In this document: one piece after another, positions 12,393 to 26,619 of the stretch
How positions within the stretch are numbered: position 1 is the stretch's first letter
Layout of the letters: each line of letters starts with the position of its first letter
From: Octopus vulgaris
Taxonomy: Eukaryota
Assembly: GCA_951406725.2 (NCBI GenBank)
Contig: OX597815.1
Span: forward strand, 198,338,001-198,402,000
Length of the DNA: 64,000 nucleotides
Direction of reading: 5' to 3'
Notes under the pieces: generated by a model
Databases searched by the model: none
What the model saw: only the letters and a program-made list of their open reading frames with translations
Told to the model about the DNA's origin: nothing
Translations under genes and position numbers: made by a program

Positions 12393-14002
12393 GAGGTAGG
12401 TAGGTAGGTAAGTTGGACAGAAAGGAGCAAGTGATGTAGGTGTGCTAGTATATATATGTATATATGTATGTATGCATGTAGGTATGTATGCATTCATCTA
12501 TGTATGTATGTACGTAAGTAGGTAAATTGATCGATAGATTGGTGGATAAATAGATATCGATATAGATAGATTACTAGATTAGATATGTATGGAAAGTGAC
12601 AATCAGTGAAGAGAATATAACAGATGTAATTGATCTGATATACTTTTCATCAACGTTTTCTGCAGAAATCCCTGTCACACAAAATAAATGGGATGAATAT
12701 CAGAATTGAAAAGATGGTGAATATAAAACATTGGAAAGTGGTCTGAAGAAAGTATAGTTTTCAGAAACACAAGGTTAGAGGTCACTAAAGAAAAAAATAA
12801 TCTAAATATGGTAGGTTATATCCTGGGTAAAGAAAATAGGAACCAGTGTCAGCATAGCAGGCTCTTGAAAATCAATGAAGGATAGCTTTAGCAACAACGG
12901 ATCAATGAAAATGAATATCAATGGAAAATGATATATGAAAGTTTGAAGCAGGTAATCACCTCTGATGAAATAACTGGAGCAAAGCATTTCAACGTAACAT
13001 GGAATTGTTCCGGTTACATAAATTTAACAAGAAATAGAAAGTAGGTCAGGACGAATTAATATAAGTATTCCAGAATGAAAAGCAGAAGATGGTGCTTGAA
13101 AGATACTAAATATATCACTCCGATGCAGAGTTAGAGCAGATTTTTACTGACTACTCTTAGTAAAAGGTCTATTCATATGCCATCCATGGAATACGAATAT
13201 GCCATACTTAGAATACAACACAGTGACAAAAGCAAATGGTAAAGGAGAAAGACCCCTTCGGTCATAAATTACCAGCAACAACACACTCTTAGTTGTAAAT
13301 ATCGTGACCATCAAGCTCACACCCTTGACCAGACGTCTATAATAACCTCTGACGTTAATGATATGTCAGAGGTTCTTATACACTCTTGACCAGACGTGTA
13401 TAATAACCGCTGACGTTAATTAGAGCAACGTTTCAATATGACGTAACGGTAAAAAAAAGAAATTACGTTTCTAATTAAAACTTTATTCAATCCACCAGCC
13501 TTCTTTCCGGCACATCTACAAAACTGAAGCCATTAAGTAAGATAGCAACGTAGGGATTCTATGACCAATTGCACAAGTGGAGAATCGTGGAGAAATCTAC
13601 ACCATACTTACAAGGATCTAAAAAATTCAACTGATGCGTAGCTGAAATAACGTATATTCGTATCTTATCCAAGACATACGTCACACTACTTACATCCAGT
13701 TCGTTGTTTTCGGCTTTTACTCATCCATGCTCTTCAAAAACCGCATTTTGCATCAAACCACATCACGTTTTTCTACAGTGGATTCTTATGTAGCTGAGGG
13801 CTGATTTACAAATTGAACACATCATGTTCTCAGTATCATACATTCAATGGAATCACAAGTCACGTTATAAAATCCTGCCTAATCACGTGTCTTAATGGCA
13901 AAAAACTATTAGTAGCTCTTATTATTATCATACAGTGTACTTTAAATGATATTAGATGGAATACATGTTGATATTACCTTAAGGGAACAGTAAAGCATAT
14001 AT

Positions 14003-14170
14003 ATAACAAGAATGGTTATAATTATAAAGTATTATAACAATTACATCTAAGAGTGTTTCAAAACCCTCACATGTTTAGGGTGTTATTTCTAAACATGTAA
14101 AGAATTTGAAACCCTCTTAGTTATAATTGCGACTTGTTCATAATTATAAACAACATCCTCCTTGTATGTA
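14003..14170. repeat. Decayed palindrome
   Basis: ctaagagtgtttcaaa...acatgtttag-(10 nt)-ctaaacatgt...tttgaaaccctcttag, with outer arms ttataattat/ataattataa. Confidence 0.6.
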
Positions 14171-14278
14171 TTTTATGATAACATGTTTGGCCATTGATAT
14201 ATTCATAAATAATTTTAATTGATTATAATATCTCCTTCGTACTGTATATTTACATTACCATTTAATTATATATATATA

Positions 14279-14362
<84 letters not shown>

Positions 14363-14454
14363 TGTATATATATATATATACATACATATATATATATATA
14401 TGTACATGAAAATATATACATATATATATACATTGATATATGTGCATATGTATA

Positions 14455-14495
<41 letters not shown>

Positions 14496-14740
14496 AGAGA
14501 GAGAGAGAGAGAGAAAAAGAGAGAGAGATATTGTAAGACGAAGGGGAGATAGAAAAGAGGAGGTAGATGTACTAGTACATAAACTGAAGGATAATTTACA
14601 GAGTTAATTCCAATAATTAATGTTTACTGTGAAGTGCAATTCTTCATTCCATCTAGCCGAATCAATATAGCAGGTTAATTTCAACGGATCTGTATCATGT
14701 ACCCATTGTTTCCCCGCTCTCGTGTTGCTGTAATTTAATG

Positions 14741-14809
<69 letters not shown>

Positions 14810-14925
14810 ACACAATCTAGTGAGAAATAAGAATTACACTGCGGTACATCTAATTACTTCTCAAGAGAAGGATATTAAAACGATCCGTATATATATATCT
14901 CTCTATACATATCTATATCTATCAA

Positions 14926-14963
<38 letters not shown>

Positions 14964-17041
14964 TTCCAAAGTGTTTTATAACCCCTTCGTATATGTGTAA
15001 CTTGATAAAGGAGGGATTAGTTGATAAAGGGAGAATTAGTTGAATTAACACAAGTTGGAATTTTCACATACTTATCATTGGGCTTTTGGCCTCGGCACGT
15101 CCATTAAGAAGATGGCAGCATAAATAATAACACTCATGAGAATTCATAAAATATTTGTCTAGAATTGATCGTATTCATGGCAGGGATGTTTAGTTTCTCT
15201 AGATGATCAATTGTTTTCGCACTGTGATATGTAGGTGTATTGATCTGTGAAAAGTATTTCCCCTAGCAATAGATGAAAGCCGGTGAAAATTCTCCAATGT
15301 CGATTTAATGTGCTTTTATATTTACATCAGCTTCACAGTATTCCACCTGACATGCATGTAATAATGAAAGATGAAGCCCAAAGGAATAGATGGTTTATGT
15401 TACATCAAAGGATGTAATTCAGAATGGAGAACGCTGGGTTAATGCGACATGATACACATTGGTTTTTATGTTTTCTTCAACGTTATATCTTGTTGTTATA
15501 CCTATAGACTATACATATATAAATATATATATATAAAAGAAATAGAGAAAATTGATTGATACAAGTTACTGTTTGCAATCTCTTTATTTTATGTATTTTG
15601 TAATGTAGTAATTTTAATTCCTTAACGGAATTTTATATATTTTTGATTTTGCATTCTGATTTTTTATAATCATTGTTTGTTTTATTTTTATTCTGTTTTT
15701 CTTCAGAGGAAAACATCGTAATTTAATAAAATTGTATTCAATCGGGAATCGAAACAAGTTGTCGAATAAAAATGAAGGAGAACTATTTTATTTAAATTTT
15801 ATTATTTTTCGGTGTATTTTAATTTATGTTGTTATATATATTGCAAACAATATATCGCAAATCTTATATATTGCATATTGTATAAAATATACTTTGAAAA
15901 ACAGAAATATCAAGTTATGAGCTACCTTATGTTGCATCAAATATTTTATATTGAAATGTACCCGGGGGTAAATTTGCCATTAAAACTCTCAGTCATCGAT
16001 AATATATTAGCATTAGAATACACAGTTCAATTTCATCAGCAATAAATCCATCCATACCAAAATGACATGTATCATTCTCAGCAGAACATATATTATAATA
16101 TTTTGATTACTATTTTTCTAACTTTATTTTTTATAGAAAGACAATATATGCAGTTTATAAGACATTTACAAAAATGTTCCACTGCATGTTCCATTGCTGT
16201 ATGAAAAATTTATATTGAATAAGCGAATGATTTTCATAAGAAACTGTGCATGGATTGCATGATATTCTCCACGTTTTTCAAAGCAATAAATAAATATGAG
16301 ATTGCATTTATAATTTGTCTGGCATTAGAAAAATTTTCCAATTATAAATATCATTAAGCAGACACGTAACCGTGTCAAAACAGTATGAATTTATTGGATT
16401 GGTGATAGCTTCCTTCTAAAAATTAGCACTCAGAATTACTCAGGTGAGAATATATTCTGTATTTAATATAAAATCAGTCGACAACTTGGTGTAGCAACAT
16501 TTAACTTCAGAGAAAACCTGATATAATATCACTGCATGACGTAAGACACGCTAAAACCAAGTTATTGATTATGTAATCTAGGACAATAATATTTCTTCCA
16601 TTTTTTAGCCGCTAAAAGATGTTATAGCTATAATTTCTATCTTATGTCTGTCACAACATAATTCAACAGTTTGTGTCGACACTTTCTTGGAAACATGAGA
16701 AACTCTGAATCTTGTAATATTTTCAGCTGGCTCAAAAGCACATTGAGAACATCTAAGTTTCAAACTGTCCATCTACGGGTACATTCAAATGGAGAGCCAC
16801 ACTGTTTATTGAGATTCTGTTTGCCAAATACTAGGCACGGGCAATTAATTGGATTTTCGTATTTGGGACTAGAAATTCGAAGCACAAAAATATAATCTAT
16901 AGCAATGTAAAGGGATTCGTTTTTTCATCTCAAAAGTTTTAAAGCCAACGACGTTTTCAGTGAGAATTATAATCGGAGCACAGCTGTTCGAAACGATTAT
17001 TGCAAACTGTCAATCGTGTAATCTAACCAATCGGCAAATTG

Positions 17042-17135
<94 letters not shown>

Positions 17136-17203
17136 TAATAATTGTGTATGCGTATTATATATGTAATATATAATTCTATTTATCTATCAATCTATCAATC
17201 TCT

Positions 17204-17295
<92 letters not shown>

Positions 17296-17921
17296 TATGG
17301 ATATATAGCTAGCTAGCTATTTTTCTCTATCCCTCTCTCTCTCTCTCTCTCGATATATATATATGTATATGTGTGTGTGTGTGTGTGTGTGTACACGTTC
17401 AGACATGAAGTCTCTGTAGTATGCTGGCGTAAATCATATCCCACAAGCATATATGAAATGCGATTTGACATCCAATATGCTGTCTCTCGTTTAACGCTAC
17501 CCATAAAACCAAATCAAATATATTTTATCAACCAACAATCTATTGATTCCTCTAGCATTGACTTCGATTAATCTTTTTAGATAAGAACATTTTGATCATT
17601 AAAATTGAAATATCGACACATGTACGCGGAACACACTTGGTAGTCAACAGTGTAGCTATAAAGAACATTGAGCTTGTATTCTTCATGTATGTCACCGCGT
17701 TTATTTACAAATATTTCCAACATTCACAAAGTACGGTAATATGGCCATAGATTGTGCGTTATTGATCATAGAAATTCTTGACGAAGGATTACCTGGTATC
17801 GAAACGCCTACCCACACAAAGATATCGCAATATTTGCACTATCAGCATAAATATAAACCCCACCAGAAATACAACTTTTTAACACAAATAATTTGAGAAT
17901 ATTTCATGCATTTACTATTAG

Positions 17922-18021
<100 letters not shown>

Positions 18022-18377
18022 TTATATATAAATATATTTAAACATTCTATAAACTGTTCAATAGATGACAAATCATTCTCTGACACAACGAAATATTTAC
18101 AAATGTTTAAATATTGATGAATGTTCACAGACTCAAAAGTCTGTACGTAGATATAGATTTTACACAGATTGTTTCACTTGTATTTCTCACTGTTCCTAAT
18201 CAAACTGCAAGAAACAATTTAGTATTCTTCAATACGAAAGCGATTCCTTCGATATAATACTTTTATGTATCACATCTTCTGAATTTTTTTTTTTTTAAAG
18301 AATTAAGAGTACACTATCACGCATATGAACACAAATATATCTATAAATATAGATACAAAATCATTTTAATGGCAATG

Positions 18378-18426
<49 letters not shown>

Positions 18427-18572
18427 AAATTTTCTTCATTTCCTTTTTTATATATCACCACTCGTGTTCGACATCTCCTTTTTTTATATATATATATATA
18501 TATACAGAGAGAGAGAGAGAGAGAGAGATATAAATAGATAGAAAAAAGAGATAATTGTCTGTCGATATCAAT

Positions 18573-18618
<46 letters not shown>

Positions 18619-18619
<1 letters not shown>

Positions 18620-18835
18620 TTTATTTAAAAGCAGCAGAAATTCAACAAAACCTGTTTCACGTTCCCGTTCGTTGGACAGTTTTTGTTAAAAAAATGTCCG
18701 ACGAACGGGAACGTGAAACTCAGAGTAACAGGTTTTGTTGAATGTCTACTGCTTTTAAATAAAGCATATTACTCTACCCCTTGTATTTGAGTACTCTTTT
18801 TTCCACCTTGTTTCACATTTATGTGTTTACTCCGA
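18619..18835 (+). mobile_element. TA-flanked HHR element with inverted partial copy at its 5' end (palindrome 18619-18764)
   Basis: ctttatttaaaagcag..aacaaaacctgtttcacgttcccgttcgttggaca pairs with tgtccgacgaacgggaacgtgaaac...caggttttgttgaa...ctgcttttaaataaag. (TA)n on both sides. Confidence 0.85.
18695..18730 (+). ncRNA. Minimal type I hammerhead fold, U4>C variant
   Basis: UGU-CCGACGA-ACG-GGAA-CGU-GAAA-CUC-A-GAG-UA-ACA: three stems, GNRA loop on stem II, GUA triplet. Confidence 0.75.
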
Positions 18836-18852
18836 TATATATATATATATAT

Positions 18853-20745
18853 AAACTTAGATATGTTTCAACTAAAGTTTTGCCCGGGCCATGTCGAACT
18901 TAATAGCACCACCTGATAGGATTATCTAAATCCTTAAGTCACCGTTAGTGGTACCATGTTCAATTCGAGTAGGGTATTCTTGTTGGCTGAGTTGTATTCA
19001 AGCATAGATGGCTTACCATGTATTTCTACAAGAAAGGTTTCTGGATTACGTTTAAACGTAATGGGATCCATTTCTTCTCTGATCTGTTTCGGGGCAGTGT
19101 TAAATAAGGCAGAAAAAGAAATTGTGCTGCAGTGTAATCATGTGCTGCGATCCTGAATGTAAGGGTCATATGGCCCGTGTTTCTAACTTTGGATGGCTTT
19201 TGAAGCTAATGTTGAGGTCGTTTGGGCAATGCTGGTCGTATATTCTATACATTGTGCAAATGATGTATCGCTCACGGCGGTGTTGGGGAGAGTAGAGTTT
19301 AATGCTTTAAGGCGGTCCCAATAATCTAACAAAAGTCATGAACTTAATTCTTTTAGTGAATGACCTCTGGAGTGATTGAATTTTCGAGATTGTTGCTTTG
19401 TATGGGGAGATCACAGGGGGCAGTAGTATTCGAGGTGTGGCCGTATAAAGAAGGAGAAAAGTGGGATGATGACATCATGTTCTCTGAACAGGAGGGGTCT
19501 TAGCATCCAGGAGTTCATCGTAGGAGCTATAACGACCTTATTAATGATGTGAGTATTCCCAGTGAGATTATCAACAATTACTCCTAGGTCTCTGATATTA
19601 TTAGTTTTTCCAAAATTCATCAGTTCAAAATTTCCCTCATTTAGTTGCATTTTATTTTTGTCTGGCCATTAACTCACAGCATGTAGTTGAGACTAGAGTC
19701 GAGTTCGGTCTTCTTCATTGATAATTTTCTGGAGCTTAGAGTCATCAGCAAATATTTTCACTTTGCTGTGTTATATGATGCTAGAAAGGTCGATTATATA
19801 GATTATAAAGAGGAGCAGGCCCAAGTCAGTACCCTGAGGGACACCACTGGTGACTTTTTCTGGGCTTTAGTGGATTCCATCAATCACATGGTGTGTTCTG
19901 TTCACCAGGTAATACTCAATCCAGTTTAGAAGTTTTCTAAAGATTCCAATATTCGTCAATTTCAATAGTAGGATATTATAGTCAGCTCTGTCGAACGCTT
20001 TACTGAAATCAAGATATATGGCATCAGAGTCCGAAAAAGCTCCCAAGGCTTTAAGTATATCATCGATGTGGTGTAAGAGATGTGTGAGACAGTCTCTGCC
20101 GCAGCGGAACCATGCTGGCTTGAATTTAGGAGTGTGGGGCTCTCCAGGAACTTAGCCATCCTTGATATTACTGTCCTTTCAAACGCTTTAATGATATGGG
20201 GGGTTTGTGAGACTGGGCGATAGTTGACTGCGAGGGATCTGCTTCCCTGTTTGAAAACCTTGATGACAGACTGGGATATGAGCTGTTTCGGTATCTTAAT
20301 GGTGTCAACATTTGTTCAGGAGATTAGGGACAAATCTATCAGGGCCTACAGCAGAACATTGCTTGACCTCTTTAATTGCTGCTATCATGTCTGAAGCAGT
20401 GAATACTATGTCTGTGATTTTGTTGGGAATAGACTTCGTTCACATCCCTTACGTCAATATCAGTGGGATCACTAAAGACAGAGCACTATTGTTTCTGTCG
20501 TATTTCTGCAATTTTTTTGCTGTGTTGGAGAATGCCGTTATCATTGATCAATGGACCAATTGGTGAGATAGTGGCCCTATGCTTATTTGCATATGAATAG
20601 AAAACATTTGGGTTCTGATTCTTTTTATGTATTAACCCCTGTTCCGCGGCAATTCTCTGATTTTCAATGTAGATTTTCATGTAGGTCTGCAGAAGCTGTT
20701 TCCAACTCCAGCATTTTTATTGTAGTTGAATGTAGATGTTATTTG
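18853..20745 (-). mobile_element. 5'-truncated, frameshifted CR1/L2-group LINE (reverse transcriptase pseudogene plus 3' end)
   Basis: Minus-strand motifs NYRPVSQTPHIIKAFER, IYLDFSKAFDRAD, SGVPQGTDLG, KIFADDSKL, RDLGVIVDN and FIRPHLEYYCPL. The 3' UTR is homologous to 56626-56720. Confidence 0.93.
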
Positions 20746-21366
20746 CTGGAGTATTTTAATTGGTTGATTTTGTATATACATACACGCACAAACGCAGTAA
20801 TATATATATATATACATATTTGCATTTATGCGTATTTATATATGTATATTGATGAATAGGTTTCGTCACTTTATGATATCTTGAGGGTTAGTTTTTTTTT
20901 TTTCCTTCGATATTTGAGCAACTTAAGTATTTCATGAATTTCAGATACTCTTATTAACATTGTGTGTATGAGTATGTGCGTGTTTGAATGTGTGCGTGCA
21001 TGTGTGCGTGTTTGTGCATGATTGTGCGTATATGTGAGTGTATGTGTGTGTTTGTGTACGCTTATATTTGCATTAAAGTATCTCTGAATAAATGTATGAA
21101 TATGGCGAATTTTGTATATTTAATTAATGGACCAAATAGGTTGCTTTCAATATAAATGAAAAGTAGATAATTTAAAATAAAAAAAGAAATCATGATCAAT
21201 AAAAGCAGAACACGATCGCTTTTGAAAATATTTATTACCATAATACATATATGCCAATATACACTCATAAATATATATGTATGTATATAAGCATATATAT
21301 ATATATATATATAAATGTTTATATACATACATATATATATATATATATGTATGTATATATATATAC

Positions 21367-21397
<31 letters not shown>

Positions 21398-21893
21398 CAC
21401 ACATACACACGCACACACACACACACATACACACACATATATATATATAAAGTATAGTTTATGTTTGTGTGCAGTATCATATTCTATTGAGGTGGAATAT
21501 GTTAGATCACATTGAGTATACTAGTTTCTCTTTCAAGTGGTACAACTTCATTGGTTTCACCCGTTCCTATGGCATCGGTTTTGCAGATGAAATCGCTTAC
21601 GAAACTTATTAAGTTTTTCTCACATATCTTCTTATCTATATTTGGCGGATATTAAGAACTAAGTATATAGATAAATATGCTAATAATAGTAATAACTTGA
21701 ATATATCATATGTTGTTTATACCTGTATGTAAGTGTGAGCGAATTATTTTCGGTGTACTACTGCGTCTTTCCACATGCGAGTCTCCGTATATGTATGTGA
21801 TTATATATTGGCTTGGAGTACGAAAATTTAAAGAGAAATCAGAAACAATGCAGTAAATACGTTTATTTAAGACTAAATATTTATATATAGAAT

Positions 21894-22246
21894 GGCGACG
21901 AAATGCTTGGCAGTATTTTGTCTGTCTTTATGTTCTGAGTTCAAATTCCGCCGAGGTCGACGTTACTTTCCATCGTTTTCGGTTCGACAAATTAAGTATC
22001 AGTTACGTACTAGGATCGATCTAATCGGCTGGCACCCTCCTCCAAAATTTCGGGCCTTGTGCCTAGAGTAGAAAAGAAAAAAGAATATTTCTTTGTAGAA
22101 AGGCGGCGTAATGCTCAGCGGTATTTCGGCTGTTTTTACATTCATCCTTCAGAGGTAGATAAATTAAGTCCATTTTGCGTACTGGGGTCAACTGTTCCCT
22201 CGTCCCAAAACATTTCCGGCCTTAAGCCTAGAATTGAAAAGAATAT
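21894..22246 (+). mobile_element. SINE family B, two tandem partial copies
   Basis: gagttcaaattccgccgaggtcgac..tt(c)catc..ttcgg.tcga.aaattaagta.cag...ggccttgtgcctagagtagaaaag. B-box-like gagttcaaattcc; the family recurs across the window. Confidence 0.8.
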
Positions 22247-22589
22247 TTCTTTACAGAATATTGTCTTTAATGTTGAAAATTCGATTATTTTTCAAATAAT
22301 CGTTGCATTGAAATGTATGCACAGTATTTGGGTTTTATATACATACATATGTGTAATTATGTGCATAAAGATTTAACTCATTCATGGCTTTGCATACACA
22401 TATTATTACACACACACACACACACACACACATACAAATAAGCACACATAATTACACACACACACACAAACACACATATAAAGAAAAAGGGGGCAGCCAG
22501 TATTTCAGATAATTCATTATTAGCACTTTCTTGTTCTTAATACCTTTTTCTTAATATGCAATATCTGTTCGTCACTTCAGACTCTCTAT

Positions 22590-22623
<34 letters not shown>

Positions 22624-22689
22624 GTATATATATATATATATATATACAAAGAGGTATACGTTGATATATATGTATACTATACTTGGGCC

Positions 22690-23045
22690 ACTTTTTTCCA
22701 TTATGAATATTAACATTACTGACGCCATCAAACACAAAAACGTTGCCCGACTTCTTGCATTGTATGAAGAAACGGATCTATTTCCATAGTCCAAAAGGAG
22801 ATATCAAGGGCTTCATTTCGCCCAGCCTGCAGAACTATTGTCAAAGAGGAGCGGTTTGAACGGAAGATTATATACTGCATTTGGTGGTATTTCGTGCGAG
22901 AGTTGCATTTTGAGATTGTTCCGGGTGTTCCTACTTTGAACTCTAACACTCATGTTGAAAAACCGTAGCGAGCGGACAATGCTTTGTCAGCTTGCTACGA
23001 GGCATTTGTCAATCAGAGAAGCACTCTTCTACAGCAATATCTGCT
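22690..23045 (+). pseudogene. Decayed mariner (Tc1/mariner, DD34D-type) transposase fragment
   Basis: CMKKRIYFHSPK (cf. TCDEKWIY..P), then from 22822 PACRTIVKEERFERKIIYCIWWYFVRELHFEIVPGVPTLNSNTHVEKP*RADNALSACYEAFVNQRSTLLQQ (cf. KKVMLCVWW...HFELL...TINS...YPALVNRKRVLLQQDNA). Stops and frameshifts present. Confidence 0.8.
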
Positions 23046-23266
23046 AATGTAACCTAGCGTAAATGTAAGTAACTTGAAACGCTACAGATGCTGTATCACA
23101 CTGTCTAAAGTCCAGACTCTGTACCTTCAAATCATGACAGTTTCTGAGCCATGGCTCATTTATTGCACGGAATGTCGCAATGAAACTTAGCTCATGGCAC
23201 AACGATGGCAACAGCCAGTAAAATATGACGGGGTATATTTTGATGAATAAAAACATTGCAACAACC

Positions 23267-23346
<80 letters not shown>

Positions 23347-23481
23347 ATGTATATTTATATAATATAAGGAGAAAGAATGGGTTATAGAATTGTTCTGCAT
23401 AAATAGTTTTGAAATTTATGTATATCTGATTATAATTAACGAATCTGCAACACTTCGATGGATACAGTTTATGATATAATG

Positions 23482-23571
<90 letters not shown>

Positions 23572-24132
23572 TAACAAACATAACCAGAATTTGAAATATT
23601 TAAATCGGGAGCATACACATATCTTTCCAATTTAATTCGTTAATCTTTAAAAAGAAAGATAAAGATATTTGACAAAATATTAATAATAACCATTGTCAGG
23701 ACATGTAAGTATATTTCCATACACATAATGTAATAGATTATTGTCTGTATGGTAATTCTAAGAGTATATTTGAATTTTCGCATATTTTAATTTCAGTGAG
23801 ATTTGGCAAATTTTCTTAAAAAACCACAGAATGTTGTGTTTATAACTTAATCATGATACCGAAACAAATAGATTTATAAATCTTACGTCAAAATTTATTG
23901 AAAATTTTCAACATATGCCTCGTCTGTATCCTTCCAAATTTCAACTCTATCCTTAGCGTTGTGAAACACATTTTGAAGCATTTGTGGAGTAATCGCCTGC
24001 GCTGGTAACTGAATGCGTTATTTATGTTCAGATAAACTACTGCTCCGTATAACGATAGAGGCAGGTTAGATGATGGCAGCCAAATTGAAAAAAAGAACTG
24101 TGATCCAGCAGGAATGAATATAGAATTAACAA

Positions 24133-24240
24133 AAATAAACTTAAAGATTATAAAATTATAGAACAAATTAAAAATTTACACACTATATAGTGTGTAAATT
24201 TTTAATTTGTTCTATAATTTTATAATCTTTAAATTTATTT
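24133..24240. repeat. Spacerless palindrome, 54-bp arms, centred on ctatatag
   Basis: aaataaacttaaagattataaaattatagaacaaattaaaaatttacacactat|atagtgtgtaaatttttaatttgttctataattttataatctttaaatttattt, one mismatch. Confidence 0.95.
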
Positions 24241-24549
24241 CAACATGAGTGTTAGAGTTCAAAGTAGGAACACCCGGAACAATCTCAAAATGCAACTCTC
24301 GCACGAAATACCACCAAATGCAGTATATAATCTTCCGTTCAAACCGCTCCTCTTTGACAATAGTTCTGCAGGCTGGGCGAAATGAAGCCCTTGATATCTC
24401 CTTTTGGACTATGGAAATAGATCCGTTTCTTCATACAATGCAAGAAGTCGGGCAACGTTTTTGTGTTTGATGGCGTCAGTAATGTTAATATTCATAATGG
24501 AAAAAAGTGGCCCAAGTATAGTATACATATATATCTACGTATACCTCTT

Positions 24550-24551
<2 letters not shown>
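24238..24551 (-). repeat. Near-identical inverted copy of 22647-22960
   Basis: The identical 73-aa ORF appears on opposite strands (22728-22949 minus, 24249-24470 plus). One mismatch seen; both copies run into (TA)n. Confidence 0.97.
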
Positions 24552-24592
<41 letters not shown>

Positions 24593-24596
<4 letters not shown>

Positions 24597-24671
24597 CTCA
24601 CTTTTATGTTTATCTTCTTTAATATGAATTATAAATTCATATTAAAGAAGATAAACATAAAAGTGAGATTT
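24593..24671. repeat. Perfect palindrome, 38-bp arms with ATA loop
   Basis: aaatctcacttttatgtttatcttctttaatatgaatt-ata-aattcatattaaagaagataaacataaaagtgagattt. Confidence 0.95.
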
Positions 24672-25618
24672 TTCAAAAACAATTATGCGATTTCACTGAA
24701 ATCGTGTACTAGCGTGCGATTGCTTGCAGAAATTGAAACAAAATTTTTCATGCGAGCAAATTTTGGAATTGAGTGGTATGTTATATATTTAGAGAGAGAC
24801 CTATATTTTTCGTTTTATAAAAAAGTCACGTGTACGTCAGTTAATACAGATTTACGCAAAGCTGCATAGTTTCAGAAGCAGTTTCAATAAATTACAGGCC
24901 CTAATTTTTGCATTTAGGTAGATATCACTTCAGGTATGATAGATTTGTTTTTTACTAGTTTTACATGTGAACTTACTGTATTCTCGAATATTTAGGTGAA
25001 TTCGGGAATTTATGTCAGCAAAATTTAATACGAAACTAACAGAACATGTCTCTCATAACTACTGAAATTCCATTTTTTTGTTATTTTTTTTTTTGTTTTT
25101 GTCAAATTGCAATATTCTTCCAAGCGTTTATTAACCATATACATGAAATGAATATATGCAACTTTTCATAGAATCATATTGTACTTAATGTTATTTTGAT
25201 ATTATTAATATGAATCCAGACACACAAACAAACAGAAACACATTCGCGTAGAAACAAGCGCTCATAGACTTACACACACATATTTACATTGCAACGTACC
25301 TTGCGTATCATTTATCTAGATGTTAGGTTGTCTTATTTCTAAACCTATATCTCTATTTCCAGTTTTCGCTACTCTAACATTATTATTGCACGTTTTATAG
25401 GTAAATGAAGCAATATATTTCTGGGGACATGGAATCGTGAGTTTATTTAAGACAAGCGACATCTGATTTGGTCGTTGAATTCTGATTTAGAATTCCGCAT
25501 TACTTTATCGCCAACAACGGTTTGGTAATTCGCTAAACATTTTACTGAGCATTTCAACTGGTCGCTCTTCATGGTAGATCCTCAAACGTTACAAAGAAGT
25601 ATACTCATATATAGATAC

Positions 25619-25675
<57 letters not shown>

Positions 25676-25718
25676 TATAAGCATATAAGCATATGTGTTC
25701 GTGTGTGTGTATATGTAT

Positions 25719-25761
<43 letters not shown>

Positions 25762-26561
25762 CAGAAATATATATATGATCGTAGTGAAATGACTGAAACA
25801 ATTAAAAGAATATATATATATATATATATGTATATATTTATAACTTTGGGTGTGTGTACGTGTGTGTGTGTACTTGTGTCTGTGTGTGTATGTGTGAGGT
25901 GGAATTCGCGTGTGTATATATTTGTGTGTAGGAGTCTTTGTTGGTTAATTTACAATTAACCTCCCCTTTATATTAATAAAATGATATATGATTTATCATC
26001 TGAAATTCACACTGCCGGTTTTTTTGTTATTTTCACGTATTGGCTTTTTTTTTATCATATTAATTGATGATTTTATACATTGGTTCGACACTCGACATCA
26101 ATATTGATGAGCATTAATTGTTAAAATGACCTTCAAACATCATATTAGAACAGAGTACTAGTGTATCCTTTCCTTGAAGCTTTAACGGCGTAATTACCAA
26201 TCGATCAAGTGTGCTATATAGCAAAGAATAATGACAGAGATAACAAAGAACTTACATGAACTTGCTCAAAGTTTAAATTTTGTTGTTTTTCACGTTCAAT
26301 TCCTTTGCTAATTACATAGGTTTATTTAACTGGTGGATGTACAGGTTCAGGAATTTTTATTTTCAAATTCTTGTTAATGTATTACGCATTTAATATTCAA
26401 AATGTTATTTGCTATTGATGTTGTTTCTGCTGTTCTTTCATTTCTTTTTTCGTTGTTCTACCCCTTGATTCTCATCATATAATTATTGATAATATTGATG
26501 CTGATGTTGTTATGGATGGTGAAATTGATACTGTGTTGTTGTTAATTTTATTACTATTAAA

Positions 26562-26619
<58 letters not shown>

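Noticed and set aside
13319-13420. Two ~41-bp direct repeats with ~20-bp spacer (CRISPR-like look)
   Set aside because: Only two diverged units in eukaryotic DNA; a simple tandem duplication.
13480-13900. Possible RTE-type LINE relic on the minus strand (LDKIR motif)
   Set aside because: Only a few residues match; cannot be supported without a profile search.
15690-15760. Polypyrimidine-AG splice acceptor-like sites (also about 44783 and 46986)
   Set aside because: No recognisable exon ORF or matched donor; such tracts are common in AT-rich DNA.
24249-24470. Duplicated 73-aa ORF as a real small gene
   Set aside because: It is the antisense frame of the dead mariner fragment.
22647-24551. 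Inverted repeats as TIRs of a 1.9-kb DNA transposon
   Set aside because: The repeat is internal mariner coding sequence that continues past the boundary only in the left copy. The spacer is ordinary microsatellite-rich DNA.
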